From Nemertoderma westbladi (Eukaryota > Animalia > Xenacoelomorpha), in contig JAUCBJ010008372.1 in assembly GCA_032718475.1 (NCBI GenBank), positions 1-64,000 on the forward strand: a stretch of DNA of 64,000 nucleotides, in the 5' to 3' direction. The translations under genes and the position numbers were made by a program. The notes beneath the pieces were generated by a model. The model was not told the DNA's origin and searched no databases. It was given only the letters and a program-made list of their open reading frames with translations. This document shows, in pieces, positions 22,282-37,600 of this stretch; positions within the stretch are counted from its first letter, which is position 1; every line of letters starts with the position of its first letter.

Positions 22282-23838
22282 CCCTATTAGTACCGGGCTA
22301 TAAAATGTTGTACAAATACCGGGGAGGGGTCATATTGACCCCCCCCCCCTCTAAAATCTACAAATTTTTACGAAAACGTCTGATTTTTTGTTTGTACGTA
22401 GGTATCACAAGTCAGGATCCGACCGAAAAAAAAAATTTTCGAAAAAATGTACTGGGGTGGTTATATTGCAGCACCAAAATTACAAGTAGTGCACAATTTT
22501 CAGAAAATTTGAAACTTACATTTTTCGTCTAATTGTTTTTCAATACAGGTTTTCTGGGGCGCAAAATACATTGGAAAATATTTAAAAATGATTTGATTAC
22601 TATAAGTGGCTGTTTAGTCCTCTCTGCGTCGGAAAAAAATGAAAAAAACAAGTAACCAGCACTTTTCAGTTAGAACACAAAATTTTTAATTCACTTATAC
22701 GATGCTATAAATTCACATTTTCAGGCTTTCTAGGGCGCTGATTCTAATGGAATACATTTCTAAAATGCCCCATCATTGCTACTTGTATTTTTCGACGTAA
22801 TTTTGCAAATTTTGGTGCTAGGACCAAATTTCGTACCCATCACCAAAAAGTAAAAGTTTGCGATGTCCAGTGCTGTTTTTATTGATTCCATCGGATTCAG
22901 GACCCTCATAAACCCGTATAACGCAATAAACAAGATGATACTATCTACTGATCAATTTGCTTATTTTCCAAAATTTGGTGCTGGCACAACAATTTTCACC
23001 CACCGGCGAAAAATACAAGTTTGAAAACTCTCATGAAATTTTTACTGATTCCATTGAATTCAGAACCCTCACAAACCCGTATAACACAAGAAACAAGGTG
23101 ACACAATCAATTTATATATTTGATGGTTTTCAAAATTTGGTGCTAGCACCACATTTTGCACCCACTTCCGAAAAATACAAGTTTGAGATGTCTAGATCGA
23201 AAAATATATATTCCATTCAATTCAGAATAGCCATAAACCTCTAAAACGCAAGAAATAAATTGTCACAAACAATTTTATCAATTGATTGGATTTTCAAAAT
23301 TTTGTGCTAGCACCAAAATTTGCACCCACCACCGAAAAATACAAGTTTGATACGCTTGGTGCAACTCGTATATATTTCATCGAAACCAGAACCCCAAAAA
23401 ACCCCAATTGCGTAAAAAACAAGTTTCACACAATCAATTTACAAAATTGACATATTTCAAAATTTGGTGCTGGCACCAAAAATTGGCACCCGCCGAAAAA
23501 AACAAGTTTGAAATTTCTAAATCAATTTATATGAATTCCATCCAATTTCTAACTCCAAAAAACCGGTGTAAATCAATAATAGAGATGTTACAATTCATAT
23601 TTAATGAAATGTAATTTTCAAAAAACGTCTCAAAAAAAGTGCCAAAAGTAGGGTTAAAAAATGGTGCTATAACTCGAAAACTACCCAATATTTTTAAAAA
23701 CGGTTTTTACTACTAGGAAGACAAAAGATGTTTAGGAAAAGTCATAAAATTTCAGATTGCCAACTGCGTTTGTTTCAGAATTATAATAAAAAAACCACGG
23801 GGGGGGGGGTCATATTGACCCCCCCGGGTTTAATAGGG
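22282..23838. mobile_element. piggyBac-type non-autonomous element, copy 1 (1557 bp)
   Basis: TTAA target duplication (22278-22281 and 23839-23842), TIR ccctatta...taataggg, subterminal palindrome ggggtcatattgacccc at both ends. No transposase ORF. Confidence 0.92.
22800..23620. repeat. Internal ~163-bp diverged tandem repeat (5 units) inside the piggyBac-type element
   Basis: caaaatttggtgct(a/g)gcacc-like motif at about 22806, 22968, 23131, 23295 and 23458; also present in copy 2. Confidence 0.8.
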
Positions 23839-26800
23839 TTAACAGTATCGCAGGTAGTTGTTTATATTAACAGTATACAGTATCGCGGGTAGTTGTTTAT
23901 ATTAACAGTATACAGTATCGCGGGTAGTTGTTTATATTAACAGTACAGTATCGCGGGTAGTTGTTTATATTAACAGTATACACTATCGCGGGTAGTTGTT
24001 TATATTAACAGTATACAGTATCGTGGGTAGTGGTTTATATTAACAGTACAGTATCGCGGGTAGTTGTTTATATTAACAGTATACACTATCGCGGGTAGTT
24101 GTTTATATTAACAGTATACAGTATCGTGGGTAGTGGTTTATATTAACAGTATACAGTATCGCTGGTAGTTGTTTATATTAACAGTATACAGTATCATGGG
24201 TAGTTGTTTATATTAACAGTATACAGTATCGCGGGTATTTGTTTATATTAACAGTATCGCTGGTAGTTGTTTATATTAACAGTATACAATATCATGGGTA
24301 GTTGTTTATATTAACAGTATAAAGTATCGCGAGTAGTAGTTTATTATTAACAGTATACAGTATCATGGGTAGTTTTTTATATTAACAGTATACAGTATCG
24401 CGGGTAGTTGTTTATAGTAACACCATACAGTATCATGTATAGTTGTTTATATTAACAGTATACAGTATCGCGGGTAGTTGTTTATAGTAACAGCATACAG
24501 TATCATGGGTAGTTGTTTATATTAACAGTATACAGTATCATGGGTAGTTATTTATATTAACAGTATACAGTATCGCGGGTAGTTGTTTATATTAACAGTA
24601 TACAGTATTGCGGGTAGTTGTTTATATTAACAGTATACAGTATCATGGGTAGTTGTTTATATTAACAGTCTACAGTATCGCGGGTAGTTGTTTATAGTAA
24701 CAGCATACAGTATCATGGGTAGTTGTTTATATTAACAGTATACAGTATCATGGGTAGTTGTTTATATTAACAGTATACAGTATTGCGGGTATAGTTGTTT
24801 ATATTAACAGTATCGCAGGTAGTTGTTTATATTAACAGTATCGCAGGTAGTTGTTTATATTAACAGTATACAGTATCGCGGGTAGTTGTTTATATTAACA
24901 GTATACAGTATCGTGGGTAGTTGTTTATATTAACAGTACAGTATCGCGGGTAGTTGTTTATATTAACAGTATCGCGGGTAGTTGTTTATATTAACAGTAT
25001 ACAGTATCGTGGGTAGTGGTTTATATTAACAGTATCGCAGGTAGTTGTTTATATTAACAGTATTGCAGGTAGTTGTTTATATTAACAGTATCGCAGGTAG
25101 TTGTTTATATTAACAGTATACAGTATCGCGGGTAGTTGTTTATATTAACAGTATACAGTATCGTGGGTAGTTGTTTATATTAACAGTACAGTATCGCAGG
25201 TAGTTGTTTATATTAACAGTATCGCAGGTAGTTGTTTATATTAACAGTATACAGTATCGCGGGTAGTTGTTTATATTAACAGTATACAGTATCGTGGGTA
25301 GTTGTTTATATTAACAGTACAGTATCGCAGGTAGTTGTTTATATTAACAGTATCGCAGGTAGTTGTTTATATTAACAGTATACAGTATCGCGGGTAGTTG
25401 TTTATATTAACAGTATACAGTATCGCGGGTAGTTGTTTATATTAACAGTATATAGTATCGCGGGTAGTTGTTTATATTAACAGTATATAGTATCGCGGGT
25501 AGTTGTTTATATTAACAGTATATAGTATCGCGGGTAGTTGTTTATATTAACAGTATATAGTATCGCGGGTAGTTGTTTATATTAACAGTATATAGTATCG
25601 CGGGTAGTTGTTTATATTAACAGTATACAGTATCGCGGGTAGTTGTTTATATTAACAGTATACAGTATCGCGGGTAGTTGTTTATATTAACAATATACAG
25701 TATCGCGGGCAGTTGTTTATATTAACAGTATACAGTATCGCGGGTAGTTGTTTATATTAACAGTATACAGTATCGCGGGTACAGTAGTTGTTTATATTAA
25801 CAGTATACAGTATCGCGGGTAGTTGTTTATATTAACAGTATACAGTATCGTGGGTAGTTGTTTATATCAACAGTACAGTATCGCGGGTAGTTGTTTATAT
25901 TAACAGTATACAGTATCGCGGGTAGTTGTTTATATTAACAGTATACAGTATCGCGGGTAGTTGTTTATATTAACAGTATACAGTATCGTGGGTAGTGGTT
26001 TATACTAACAGTATCGCAGGTAGTTGTTTATATTAACAGTATCGCAGGTAGTTGTTTATATTAACAGTATCGCAGGTAGTTGTTTATATTAACAGTATAC
26101 AGTATCGCGGGTAGTTGCTTATATTAACAGTATACAGTATCGTGGGTAGTTGTTTATATTAACAGTACAGTATCACGGGTAGTTGTTTATATTAACAGTA
26201 TCGCGGGTAGTTGTTTATATTAACAGTATAAAGTATCGTGGGTAGTGGTTTATATTAACAGTATCGCAGGTAGTTGTTTATATTAAAAGTATACAGTATC
26301 GCGGGTAGTTGTTTATATTAACAGTATACAATATCGCAGGTAGTTGTTTATATTAACAGTATCACAGGTAGTTGTTTATATTAACAGTATACAGTATCGT
26401 GGGTAGTTGTTTATATTAACAGTACAGTATCGCAGGTAGTTGTTTATATTAACAGTATCGCAGGTAGTTGTTTATATTAACAGTATACAGTATAGCGGGT
26501 AGTTGTATATATTAACAGTATACAGTATCACGGGTAGTTGTTTATATTAACAGTACAGTATCGCGGGTAGTTGTTTATATTAACAGTATACACTATCGCG
26601 GGTAGTTGTTTATATTAACAGTACAGTATCGCGGGTAGTTGTATATATTAACAGTATCGCGGGTAGTTGTTTATATTAACAGTATACAGTATCGTGGGTA
26701 GTGGTTTATATTAACAGTATCGCAGGTAGTTGTTTATATTAACAGTATACAGTATCGCGGGTAGTTGTTTATATTAACAGTATACAGTATCGCAGGTAGT

Positions 26801-29800
26801 TGTTTATATTAACAGTATCGCAGGTAGTTGTTTATATTAACAGTATACAGTATCGCGGGTAGTTGTTTATATTAACAGTATACACTATCGCGGGTAGTTG
26901 TTTATATTAACAGTACAGTATCGCGGGTAGTTGTATATATTAACAGTATCGCGGGTAGTTGTTTATATTAACAGTACAGTATCGCAGGTAGTTGTTTATA
27001 TTAACAGTATTGCAGGTAGTTGTTTATATTAACATTATACAGTATCGCGGGTAGTTGTTTATATTAACAGTATACAGTATTGTGGGTAGTTGTTTATATT
27101 AACAGTACAGTATCGCAGGTAGTTGTTTATATTAACAGTATTGCAGGTAGTTGTTTATATTAACAGTATACAGTATCGCGGGTAGTTGTTTATATTAACA
27201 GTATACAGTATCGCGGGTAGTTGTTTATAGTAACACCATACAGTATCATGTATAGTTGTTTATATTAACAGTATACAGTATCGCGGGTAGTTGTTTATAG
27301 TAACAGCATACAGTATCATGGGTAGTTGTTTATATTAACAGTATACAGTATCATGGGTAGTTATTTATATTAACAGTATACAGTATCGCGGGTAGTTGTT
27401 TATATTAACAGTATACAGTATTGCGGGTAGTTGTTTATATTAACAGTATACAGTATCATGGGTAGTTGTTTATATTAACAGTCTACAGTATCGCGGGTAG
27501 TTGTTTATAGTAACAGCATACAGTATCATGGGTAGTTGTTTATATTAACAGTATACAGTATCATGGGTAGTTGTTTATATTAACAGTATACAGTATTGCG
27601 GGTATAGTTGTTTATATTAACAGTATCACAGGTAGTTGTTTATATTAACAGTATCGCAGGTAGTTGATTATATTAACAGTATACAGTATCGCGGGTAGTT
27701 GTTTATATTAACAGTATACAGTATCGTGGGTAGTTGTTTATATTAACAGTACAGTATCGCGGGTAGTTGTTTATATTAACAGTATCGCGGGTAGTTGTTT
27801 ATATTAACAGTATACAGTATCGTGGGTAGTGGTTTATATTAACAGTATCGCAGGTAGTTGTTTATATTAACAGTATTGCAGGTAGTTGTTTATATTAACA
27901 GTATCGCAGGTAGTTGTTTATATTAACAGTATACAGTATCGCGGGTAGTTGTTTATATTAACAGTATACAGTATCGTGGGTAGTTGTTTATATTAACAGT
28001 ACAGTATCGCAGGTAGTTGTTTATATTAACAGTATCGCAGGTAGTTGTTTATATTAACAGTATACAGTATCGCGGGTAGTTGTTTATATTAACAGTATAC
28101 AGTATCGTGGGTAGTTGTTTATATTAACAGTACAGTATCGCAGGTAGTTGTTTATATTAACAGTATCGCAGGTAGTTGTTTATATTAACAGTATACAGTA
28201 TCGCGGGTAGTTGTTTATATTAACAGTATACAGTATCGCGGGTAGTTGTTTATATTAACAGTATATAGTATCGCGGGTAGTTGTTTATATTAACAGTATA
28301 TAGTATCGCGGGTAGTTGTTTATATTAACAGTATATAGTATCGCGGGTAGTTGTTTATATTAACAGTATATAGTATCGCGGGTAGTTGTTTATATTAACA
28401 GTATATAGTATCGCGGGTAGTTGTTTATATTAACAGTATACAGTATCGCGGGTAGTTGTTTATATTAACAGTATACAGTATCGCGGGTAGTTGTTTATAT
28501 TAACAGTATACAGTATCGCGGGTAGTTGTTTATATTAACAGTATACAGTATCGCGGGTAGTTGTTTATATTAACAGTATACAGTATCGCGGGTACAGTAG
28601 TTGTTTATATTAACAGTATACAGTATCGCGGGTAGTTGTTTATATTAACAGTATACAGTATCGTGGGTAGTTGTTTATATCAACAGTACAGTATCGCGGG
28701 TAGTTGTTTATATTAACAGTATACAGTATCGCGGGTAGTTGTTTATATTAACAGTATACAGTATCGCGGGTAGTTGTTTATATTAACAGTATACAGTATC
28801 GTGGGTAGTGGTTTATACTAACAGTATCGCAGGTAGTTGTTTATATTAACAGTATCGCAGGTAGTTGTTTATATTAACAGTATCGCAGGTAGTTGTTTAT
28901 ATTAACAGTATACAGTATCGCGGGTAGTTGCTTATATTAACAGTATACAGTATCGTGGGTAGTTGTTTATATTAACAGTACAGTATCACGGGTAGTTGTT
29001 TATATTAACAGTATCGCGGGTAGTTGTTTATATTAACAGTATAAAGTATCGTGGGTAGTGGTTTATATTAACAGTATCGCAGGTAGTTGTTTATATTAAA
29101 AGTATACAGTATCGCGGGTAGTTGTTTATATTAACAGTATACAATATCGCAGGTAGTTGTTTATATTAACAGTATCACAGGTAGTTGTTTATATTAACAG
29201 TATACAGTATCGCGGGTAGTTGTTTATATTAACAGTATACAGTATCGTGGGTAGTTGTTTATATTAACAGTACAGTATCGCAGGTAGTTGTTTATATTAA
29301 CAGTATCGCAGGTAGTTGTTTATATTAACAGTATACAGTATAGCGGGTAGTTGTATATATTAACAGTATACAGTATCACGGGTAGTTGTTTATATTAACA
29401 GTACAGTATCGCGGGTAGTTGTTTATATTAACAGTATACACTATCGCGGGTAGTTGTTTATATTAACAGTACAGTATCGCGGGTAGTTGTATATATTAAC
29501 AGTATCGCGGGTAGTTGTTTATATTAACAGTATACAGTATCGTGGGTAGTGGTTTATATTAACAGTATCGCAGGTAGTTGTTTATATTAACAGTATACAG
29601 TATCGCAGGTAGTTGTTTATATTAACAGTATACAGTATCGCAGGTAGTTGTTTATAATAACAGTATCGCAGGTAGTTGTTTATATTAACAGTATACAGTA
29701 TCGCGGGTAGTTGTTTATATTAACAGTATACACTATCGCGGGTAGTTGTTTATATTAACAGTACAGTATCGCGGGTAGTTGTATATATTAACAGTATCGC

Positions 29801-30184
29801 GGGTAGTTGTTTATATTAACAGTACAGTATCGCAGGTAGTTGTTTATATTAACAGTATTGCAGGTAGTTGTTTATATTAACATTATACAGTATCGCGGGT
29901 TGTTGTTTATATTAACAGTATACAGTATTGCGGGTAGTTGTTTATATTAACAGTACAGTATCGCAGGTAGTTGTTTATATTAACAGTATTGCAGGTAGTT
30001 GTTTATATTAACAGTATACAGTATCGCGGGTAGTTGTTTATATTAACAGTATACAGTATCGCAGGTAGTTGTTTATATTAACAGTATACAGTATCGCGGG
30101 TAGTTGTTTATATTAACAGTATACAGTATCGTGGGTAGTTGTTTATATTAACAGTACAGTATCGCAGGTAGTTGTTTATATTAA

Positions 30185-31743
30185 CCCTATTAGTACCGGG
30201 CTATAAAATGTTGTACAAATACCGGGGAGGGGTCATATTGACCCCCCCCCCCCTCTAAAATCTACAAATTTTTACGAAAACGTCTGATTTTTTGTTTGTA
30301 CGTAGGTATCACAAGTCAGGATCCATCCGACCGAAAAAAAAAATTTTCGAAAAAATGTACTGGGGTGGTTATATTGCAGCACCAAAATTACAAGTAGTGC
30401 ACAATTTTCAGAAAATTTGAAACTTACATTTTTCGTCTAATTGTTTTTCAATACAGGTTTTCTGGGGCGCAAAATACATTGGAAAATATTTAAAAATGAT
30501 TTGATTACTATAAGTGGCTGTTTAGTCCTCTCTGCGTCGGAAAAAAATGAAATAAACAAGTAACCAGCACTTTTCAGTTAGAACACAAAATTTTTAATTC
30601 ACTTATACGATGCTATAAATTCACATTTTCAGGCTTTCTAGGGCGCTGATTCTAATGGAATACATTTCTAAAATGCCCCATCATTGCTACTTGTATTTTT
30701 CGACGTAATTTTGCAAATTTTGGTGCTAGGACCAAATTTCGTACCCATCACCAAAAAGTAAAAGTTTGCGATGTCCAGTGCTGTTTTTATAGATTCCATC
30801 GGATTCAGGACCCTCATAAACCCGTATAACGCAATAAACAAGATGATACTATCTACTGATCAATTTGCTTATTTTCCAAAATTTGGTGCTGGCACAACAA
30901 TTTTCACCCACCGGCGCAAAATACAAGTTTGAAAACTCTCATGAAATTTTTACTGATTCCATTGAATTCAGAACCCTCACAAACCCGTATAACACAAGAA
31001 ACAAGGTGACACAATCAATTTATATATTTGATGGTTTTCAAAATTTGGTGCTAGCACCACATTTTGCACCCACTTCCGAAAAATACAAGTTTGAGATGTC
31101 TAGATCGAAAAATATATATTCCATTCAATTCAGAATAGCCATAAACCTCTAAAACGCAAGAAATAAATTGTCACAAACAATTTTATCAATTGAATGGATT
31201 TTCAAAATTTTGTGCTAGCACCAAAATTTGCACCCACCACCGAAAAATACAAGTTTGATACGCTTGGTGCAACTCGTATATATTTCATCGAAACCAGAAC
31301 CCCAAAAAACCCCAATTGCGTAAAAAACAAGTTTCACACAATCAATTTACAAAATTGACATATTTCAAAATTTGGTGCTGGCACCAAAAATTGGCACCCG
31401 CCGAAAAAAACAAGTTTGAAATTTCTAAATCAATTTATATGAATTCCATCCAATTTCTAACTCCAAAAAACCGGTGTAAATCAATAATAGAGATGTTACA
31501 ATTCATATTTAATGAAATGTAATTTTCAAAAAACGTCTCAAAAAAAGTGCCAAAAGTAGGGTTAAAAAAGGGTGCTATAACTCGAAAACTACCCAATATT
31601 TTTAAAAACGGTTTTTACTACTAGGAAGACAAAAGATGTTTAGGAAAAGTCATAAAATTTCAGATTCCCAACTGCGTTTGTTTCAGAATTATAATAAAAA
31701 AACCACGGGGGGGGTCATATTGACCCCCCCGGGTTTAATAGGG
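30185..31743. mobile_element. piggyBac-type non-autonomous element, copy 2
   Basis: TTAA at 30181-30184 and 31744-31747. Nearly identical to copy 1, same orientation. Confidence 0.92.
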
Positions 31744-34700
31744 TTAACAGTATCGCAGGTAGTTGTTTATATTAACAGTATACAGTATCGCGGGTAGTTG
31801 TTTATATTAACAGTATACAGTATCGCGGGTAGTTGTTTATATTAACAGTACAGTATCGCGGGTAGTTGTTTATATTAACAGTATACACTATCGCGGGTAG
31901 TTGTTTATATTAACAGTATACAGTATCGTGGGTAGTGGTTTATATTAACAGTACAGTATCGCGGGTAGTTGTTTATATTAACAGTATACACTATCGCGGG
32001 TAGTTGTTTATATTAACAGTATACAGTATCGTGGGTAGTGGTTTATATTAACAGTATCGCAGGTAGTTGTTTATATTAACAGTATCGCAGGTAGTTGTTT
32101 ATATTAACAGTATCGCAGGTAGTTGTTTATATTAACAGTATACAGTATCGCGGGTAGTTGTTTATATTAACAGTATACAGTATCGTGGATAGTTGTTTAT
32201 ATTAACAGTACAGTATCGCGGGTAGTTGTTTATATTAACAGTATACAGTATCGCGGGTAGTTGTTTATATTAACAGTATACAGTATCGCGGGTAGTTGTT
32301 TATATTAACAGTATACACTATCGCGGGTAGTTGTTTATATTAACAGTACAGTATCGCGGGTAGTTGTTTATATTAACAGTATCGCGGGTAGTTGTTTATA
32401 TTAACAGTATACAGTATCGTGGGTAGTGGTTTATATTAACAGTATCGCAGGTAGTTGTTTATATTAACAGTATACAGTATCGCGGGTAGTTGTTTATATT
32501 AACAGTATACAGTATCGCAGGTAGTTGTTTATATTAACAGTATCGCAGGTAGTTGTTTATATTAACAGTATACAGTATCGCGGGTAGTTGTTTATATTAA
32601 CAGTATACAGTATCGTGGGTAGTTGTTTATATTAACAGTACAGTATCGCGGGTAGTTGTTTATATTAACAGTATACACTATCGCGGGTAGTTGTTTATAT
32701 TAACAGTATACAGTATCGTGGGTAGTGGTTTATATTAACAGTATCGCAGGTAGTTGTTTATATTAACAGTATCGCAAGTAGTTGTTTATATTAACAGTAT
32801 CGCAGGTAGTTGTTTATATTAACAGTATACAGTATCGCGGGTAGTTGTTTATATTAACAGTATACAGTATCGTGGGTAGTTGTTTATATTAACAGTACAG
32901 TATCGCGGGTAGTTGTTTATATTAACAGTATACAGTATCGCGGGTAGTTGTTTATATTAACAGTATACAGTATCGCGGGTAGTTGTTTATATTAACAGTA
33001 TACAGTATCGCGGGTAGTTGTTTATATTAACAGTATACAGTATCGCGGGTAGTTGTTTATATTAACAGTACAGTATCGCGGGTAGTTGTTTATATTAACA
33101 GTATACAGTATCGTGGGTAGTTGTTTATATTAACAGTATACAGTATCGCGGGTAGTTGTTTATAGTAACAGTATACAATATCGTGGGTAGTTGTTTATAT
33201 TAACAGTATACAGTATCGCGGGTAATTGTTTATAGTAACAGTACAGTATCGTGGGTAATTGTTTATATTAACAGTACAGTATCGCGGGTAGTTGTTTATA
33301 GTAACAGTATACAGTATCGCGGGTAGTTGTTTATATTAACAGTATACAGTATCGCGGGTAGTTGTTTATAGTAACAGTACAGTATCGCGGGTAGTTGTTT
33401 ATATTAACAGTATACAGTATCGTGGGTAGTTGTTTATATTAACAGTATACAGTATCGCGGGTAGTTGTTTATAGTAACAGTATACAGTATCGTGGGTAGT
33501 TGTTTATATTAACAGTATACAGTATCGCGGGTAGTTGTTTATATTAACAGCATACAGTATCGTGGGTAGTTGTTTATATTAACAGTATACAGTATCGCGG
33601 GTAGTTGTTTATATTAACAGCATACAGTATCGTGGGTAGTTGTTTATATTAACAGTATACAGTATCGTGGGTAGTTGTTTATATTAACAGTACAGTATCG
33701 CGGGTAGTTGTTTATAGTAACAGTATACAGTATCGTGGGTAGTTGTTTATATTAACAGTATACAGTATCGCGGGTAGTTGTTTATATTAACAGTATACAG
33801 TATCGCGGGTAGTTGTTTATATTAACAGTATACAGTATCGCGGGTAGTTGTTTATATTAACAGTACAGTATCGCGGGTAGTTGTTTATAGTAACAGTATA
33901 CAGTATCGTGGGTAGTTGTTTATATTAACAGTATACAGTATCGCGGGTAGTTGTTTATATTAACAGTACAGTATCGCGGGTAGTTGTTTATAGTAACAGT
34001 ATACAGTATCGTGGGTAGTTGTTTATATTAACAGTATACAGTATCGCGGGTAGTTGTTTATATTAACAGTACAGTATCGCGGGTAGTTGTTTATAGTAAC
34101 AGTATACAGTATCGCGGGTAGTTGTTTATATTAACAGTATACAGTATCGTGGGTAGTTGTTTATATTAACAGTACAGTATCGCGGGTAGTTGTGTATAGT
34201 AACAGTATATGTACAGTATCGTGGGTAGTTGTTTATATTAACAGTATACACTATCGCGGGTAGTAGTTTATATTAACAGTATACACTATCGCGGGTAGTT
34301 GTTTATATTAACAGTATACAGTATCGTGGGTAGTCGTTTATATTAACAGTACAGTATTGCGGGTAGTTGTTTATATTAACAGTATACAGTATCGCGGGTA
34401 GTTGTTTATATTAACAGTATACAGTATCGTGGGTAGTTGTTTATATTAACAGTACAGTATCGCGGGTAGTTGTTTATAGTAACAGTATACAGTATCGTGG
34501 GTATTTGTTTATATTAACAGTATACAGTATCGCGGGTAGTTGTTTATATTAACAGTACAGTATCGCGGGTAGTTGTTTATATTAACAGTATACACTATCG
34601 CGGGTAGTTTTTTATATTAACAGTATACAGTATCGTGGGTAGTGGTTTATATTAACAGTATCGCAGGTAGTTGTTTATATTAACAGTATCGCAGGTAGTT

Positions 34701-37600
34701 GTTTATATTAACAGTATCGCAGGTAGTTGTTTATATTAACAGTATACAGTATCGCGGGTAGTTGTTTATATTAACAGTATACAGTATCGTGGGTAGTTGT
34801 TTATATTAACAGTACAGTATCGCGGGTAGTTGTTTATATTAACAGTATACAGTATCGCGGGTAGTTGTTTATATTAACAGTATACAGTATCGCGGGTAGT
34901 TGTTTATATTAACAGTATACAGTATCGCGGGTAGTTGTTTTATTAACAGTATACAGTATCGCGGGTAGTTGTTTATATTAACAGTACAGTATCGCGGGTA
35001 GTTGTTTATATTAACAGTATACAGTATCGTGGGTAGTTGTTTATATTAACAGTATACAGTATCGCGGGTAGTTGTTTATAGTAACAGTATACAGTATCGC
35101 GGGTAGTTGTTTTATTAACAGTATACAGTATCGCGGGTAGTTGTTTATATTAACAGTACAGTATCGCGGGTAGTTGTTTATATTAACAGTATACAGTATC
35201 GTGGGTAGTTGTTTATATTAACAGTATACAGTATCGCGGGTAGTTGTTTATATTAACAGTATACAGTATCGCGGGTAGTTGTTTATAGTAACAGTACAGT
35301 ATCGCGGGTAGTTGTTTATATTAACAGTATACAGTATCGTGGGTAGTTGTTTATAGTAACAGTATACAGTATCGCGGGTAGTTGTTTATATTAACAGTAT
35401 ACAGTATCGCGGGTAGTTGTTTATATTAACAGTATACAGTATCGCGGGTAGTTGTTTATATTAACAGTATACAGTATCGTGGGTAGTTGTTTATATTAAC
35501 AGTATACAGTATCGCGGGTAGTTGTTTATAGTAACAGTATACAGTATCGCGGGTAGTTGTTTATATTAACAGTATACAGTATCGTGGGTAGTTGTTTATA
35601 TTAACAGTATACAGTATCGCGGGTAGTTGTTTATAGTAACAGTATACAGTATCGTGGGTAGTTGTTTATATTAACAGTATACAGTATCGCGGGTAGTTGT
35701 TTATATTAACAGTATACAGTATCGCGGGTAGTTGTTTATATTAACAGTATACAGTATCGTGGGTAGTTGTTTATATTAACAGTATACAGTATCGCGGGTA
35801 GTTGTTTATAGTAACAGTATACAGTATCGCGGGTAGTTGTTTATATTAACAGTATACAGTATCGTGGGTAGTTGTTTATATTAACAGTATACAGTATCGC
35901 GGGTAGTTGTTTATAGTAACAGTATACAGTATCGTGGGTAGTTGTTTATATTAACAGTATACAGTATCGCGGGTAGTTGTTTATATTAACAGCATACAGT
36001 ATCGTGGGTAGTTGTTTATATTAACAGTATACAGTATCGCGGGTAGTTGTTTATATTAACAGCATACAGTATTGTGGGTAGTTGTTTATATTAACAATAT
36101 ACAGTATCGTGGGTAGTTGTTTATATTAACAGTACAGTATCGCGGGTAGTTGTTTATAGTAACAGTATACAGTATCGTGGGTAGTTGTTTATATTAACAG
36201 TATACAGTATTGCGGGTAGTTGTTTATATTAACAGTATACAGTATCGCGGGTAGTTGTTTATATTAACAGTATACAGTATCGCGGGTAGTTGTTTATATT
36301 AACAGTACAGTATCGCGGGTAGTTGTTTACAGTAACAGTATACAGTATCGTGGGTAGTTGTTTATATTAACAGTATACAGTATCGCGGGTAGTTGTTTAT
36401 ATAAACAGTACAGTATCGCAGGTAGTTGTTTATAGTAACAGTATACAGTATCGTGGGTAGTTGTTTATATTAACAGTATACAGTATCGCGGGTAGTTGTT
36501 TATATTAACAGTACAGTATCGCGGGTAGTTGTTTATAGTAACAGTATACAGTATCGCGGGTAGTTGTTTATATTAACAGTATACAGTATCGTGGGTAGTT
36601 GTTTATATTAACAGTACAGTATCGCGGGTAGTTGTTTATAGTAACAGTATATGTACAGTATCGTGGGTAGTTGTTTATATTAACAGTATACACTATCGCG
36701 GGTAGTTGTTTATATTAACAGTATATACTATCGCGGGTAGTTGTTTATATTAACAGTATACAGTATCGTGGGTAGTCGTTTATATTAACAGTACAGTATC
36801 GCGGGTAGTTGTTTATATTAACAGTATACAGTATCGCGGGTAGTTGTTTATATTAACAGTATACAGTATCGTGGGTAGTTGTTTATATTAACAGTACAGT
36901 ATCGCGGGTAGTTGTTTATAGTAACAGTATACAGTATCGTGGGTATTTGTTTATATTAACAGTATACAGTATCGCGGGTAGTTGTTTATAGTAACAGTAT
37001 ACAGTATCGCGGGTAGTTGTTTATATTAACAGTATACAGTATCGCGGGTAGTTGTTTATATTAACAGTATACAGTATCGCGGGTAGTTGTTTATATTAAC
37101 AGTATACAGTATTGCGGGTAGTTGTTTATAGTAACAGTATACAGTATCGCGGGTAGTTGTTTATATTAACAGTATACACTATCGCGGGTGGTTGTTTATA
37201 TTAACAGTATACAGTATTGCGGGTAGTTGTTTATATTAACAGTATACAGTATCGCGGGTAGTTGTTTATAGTAACAGTATTCAGTATCGCAGGTAGTTGT
37301 TTATATTAACAGTATACACTATCGCGGGTAGTTGTTTATATTAACAGTATACAGTATCGCGGGTAGTTGTTTATATTAACAGTATACAGTATCGCGGGTA
37401 GTTGTTTATATTAACAGTATACAGTATCACGGGTAGTTGTTTATATTAACAGTATACACTATCGCGGGTAGTTGTTTATATTAACAGTATACACTATCGC
37501 GGGTAGTTGTTTATAGTTGCTCCAACCCAGAATTTTTCATCGTAATATTGGATGTCAACTGTGTGGAAAGACAGCTTAACAATAATTATACTTTATGCAG

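Larger units (their letters stand above)
20587..37516. repeat. 35-bp minisatellite gtagttgtttatattaacagtatacagtatcgcgg (with 28- and 33-bp variants), roughly 400 units, probably intronic
   Basis: Directly visible. Interrupted only by two transposon copies, and ends ~85 bp before the splice acceptor of the Roco exon. Confidence 0.98.
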
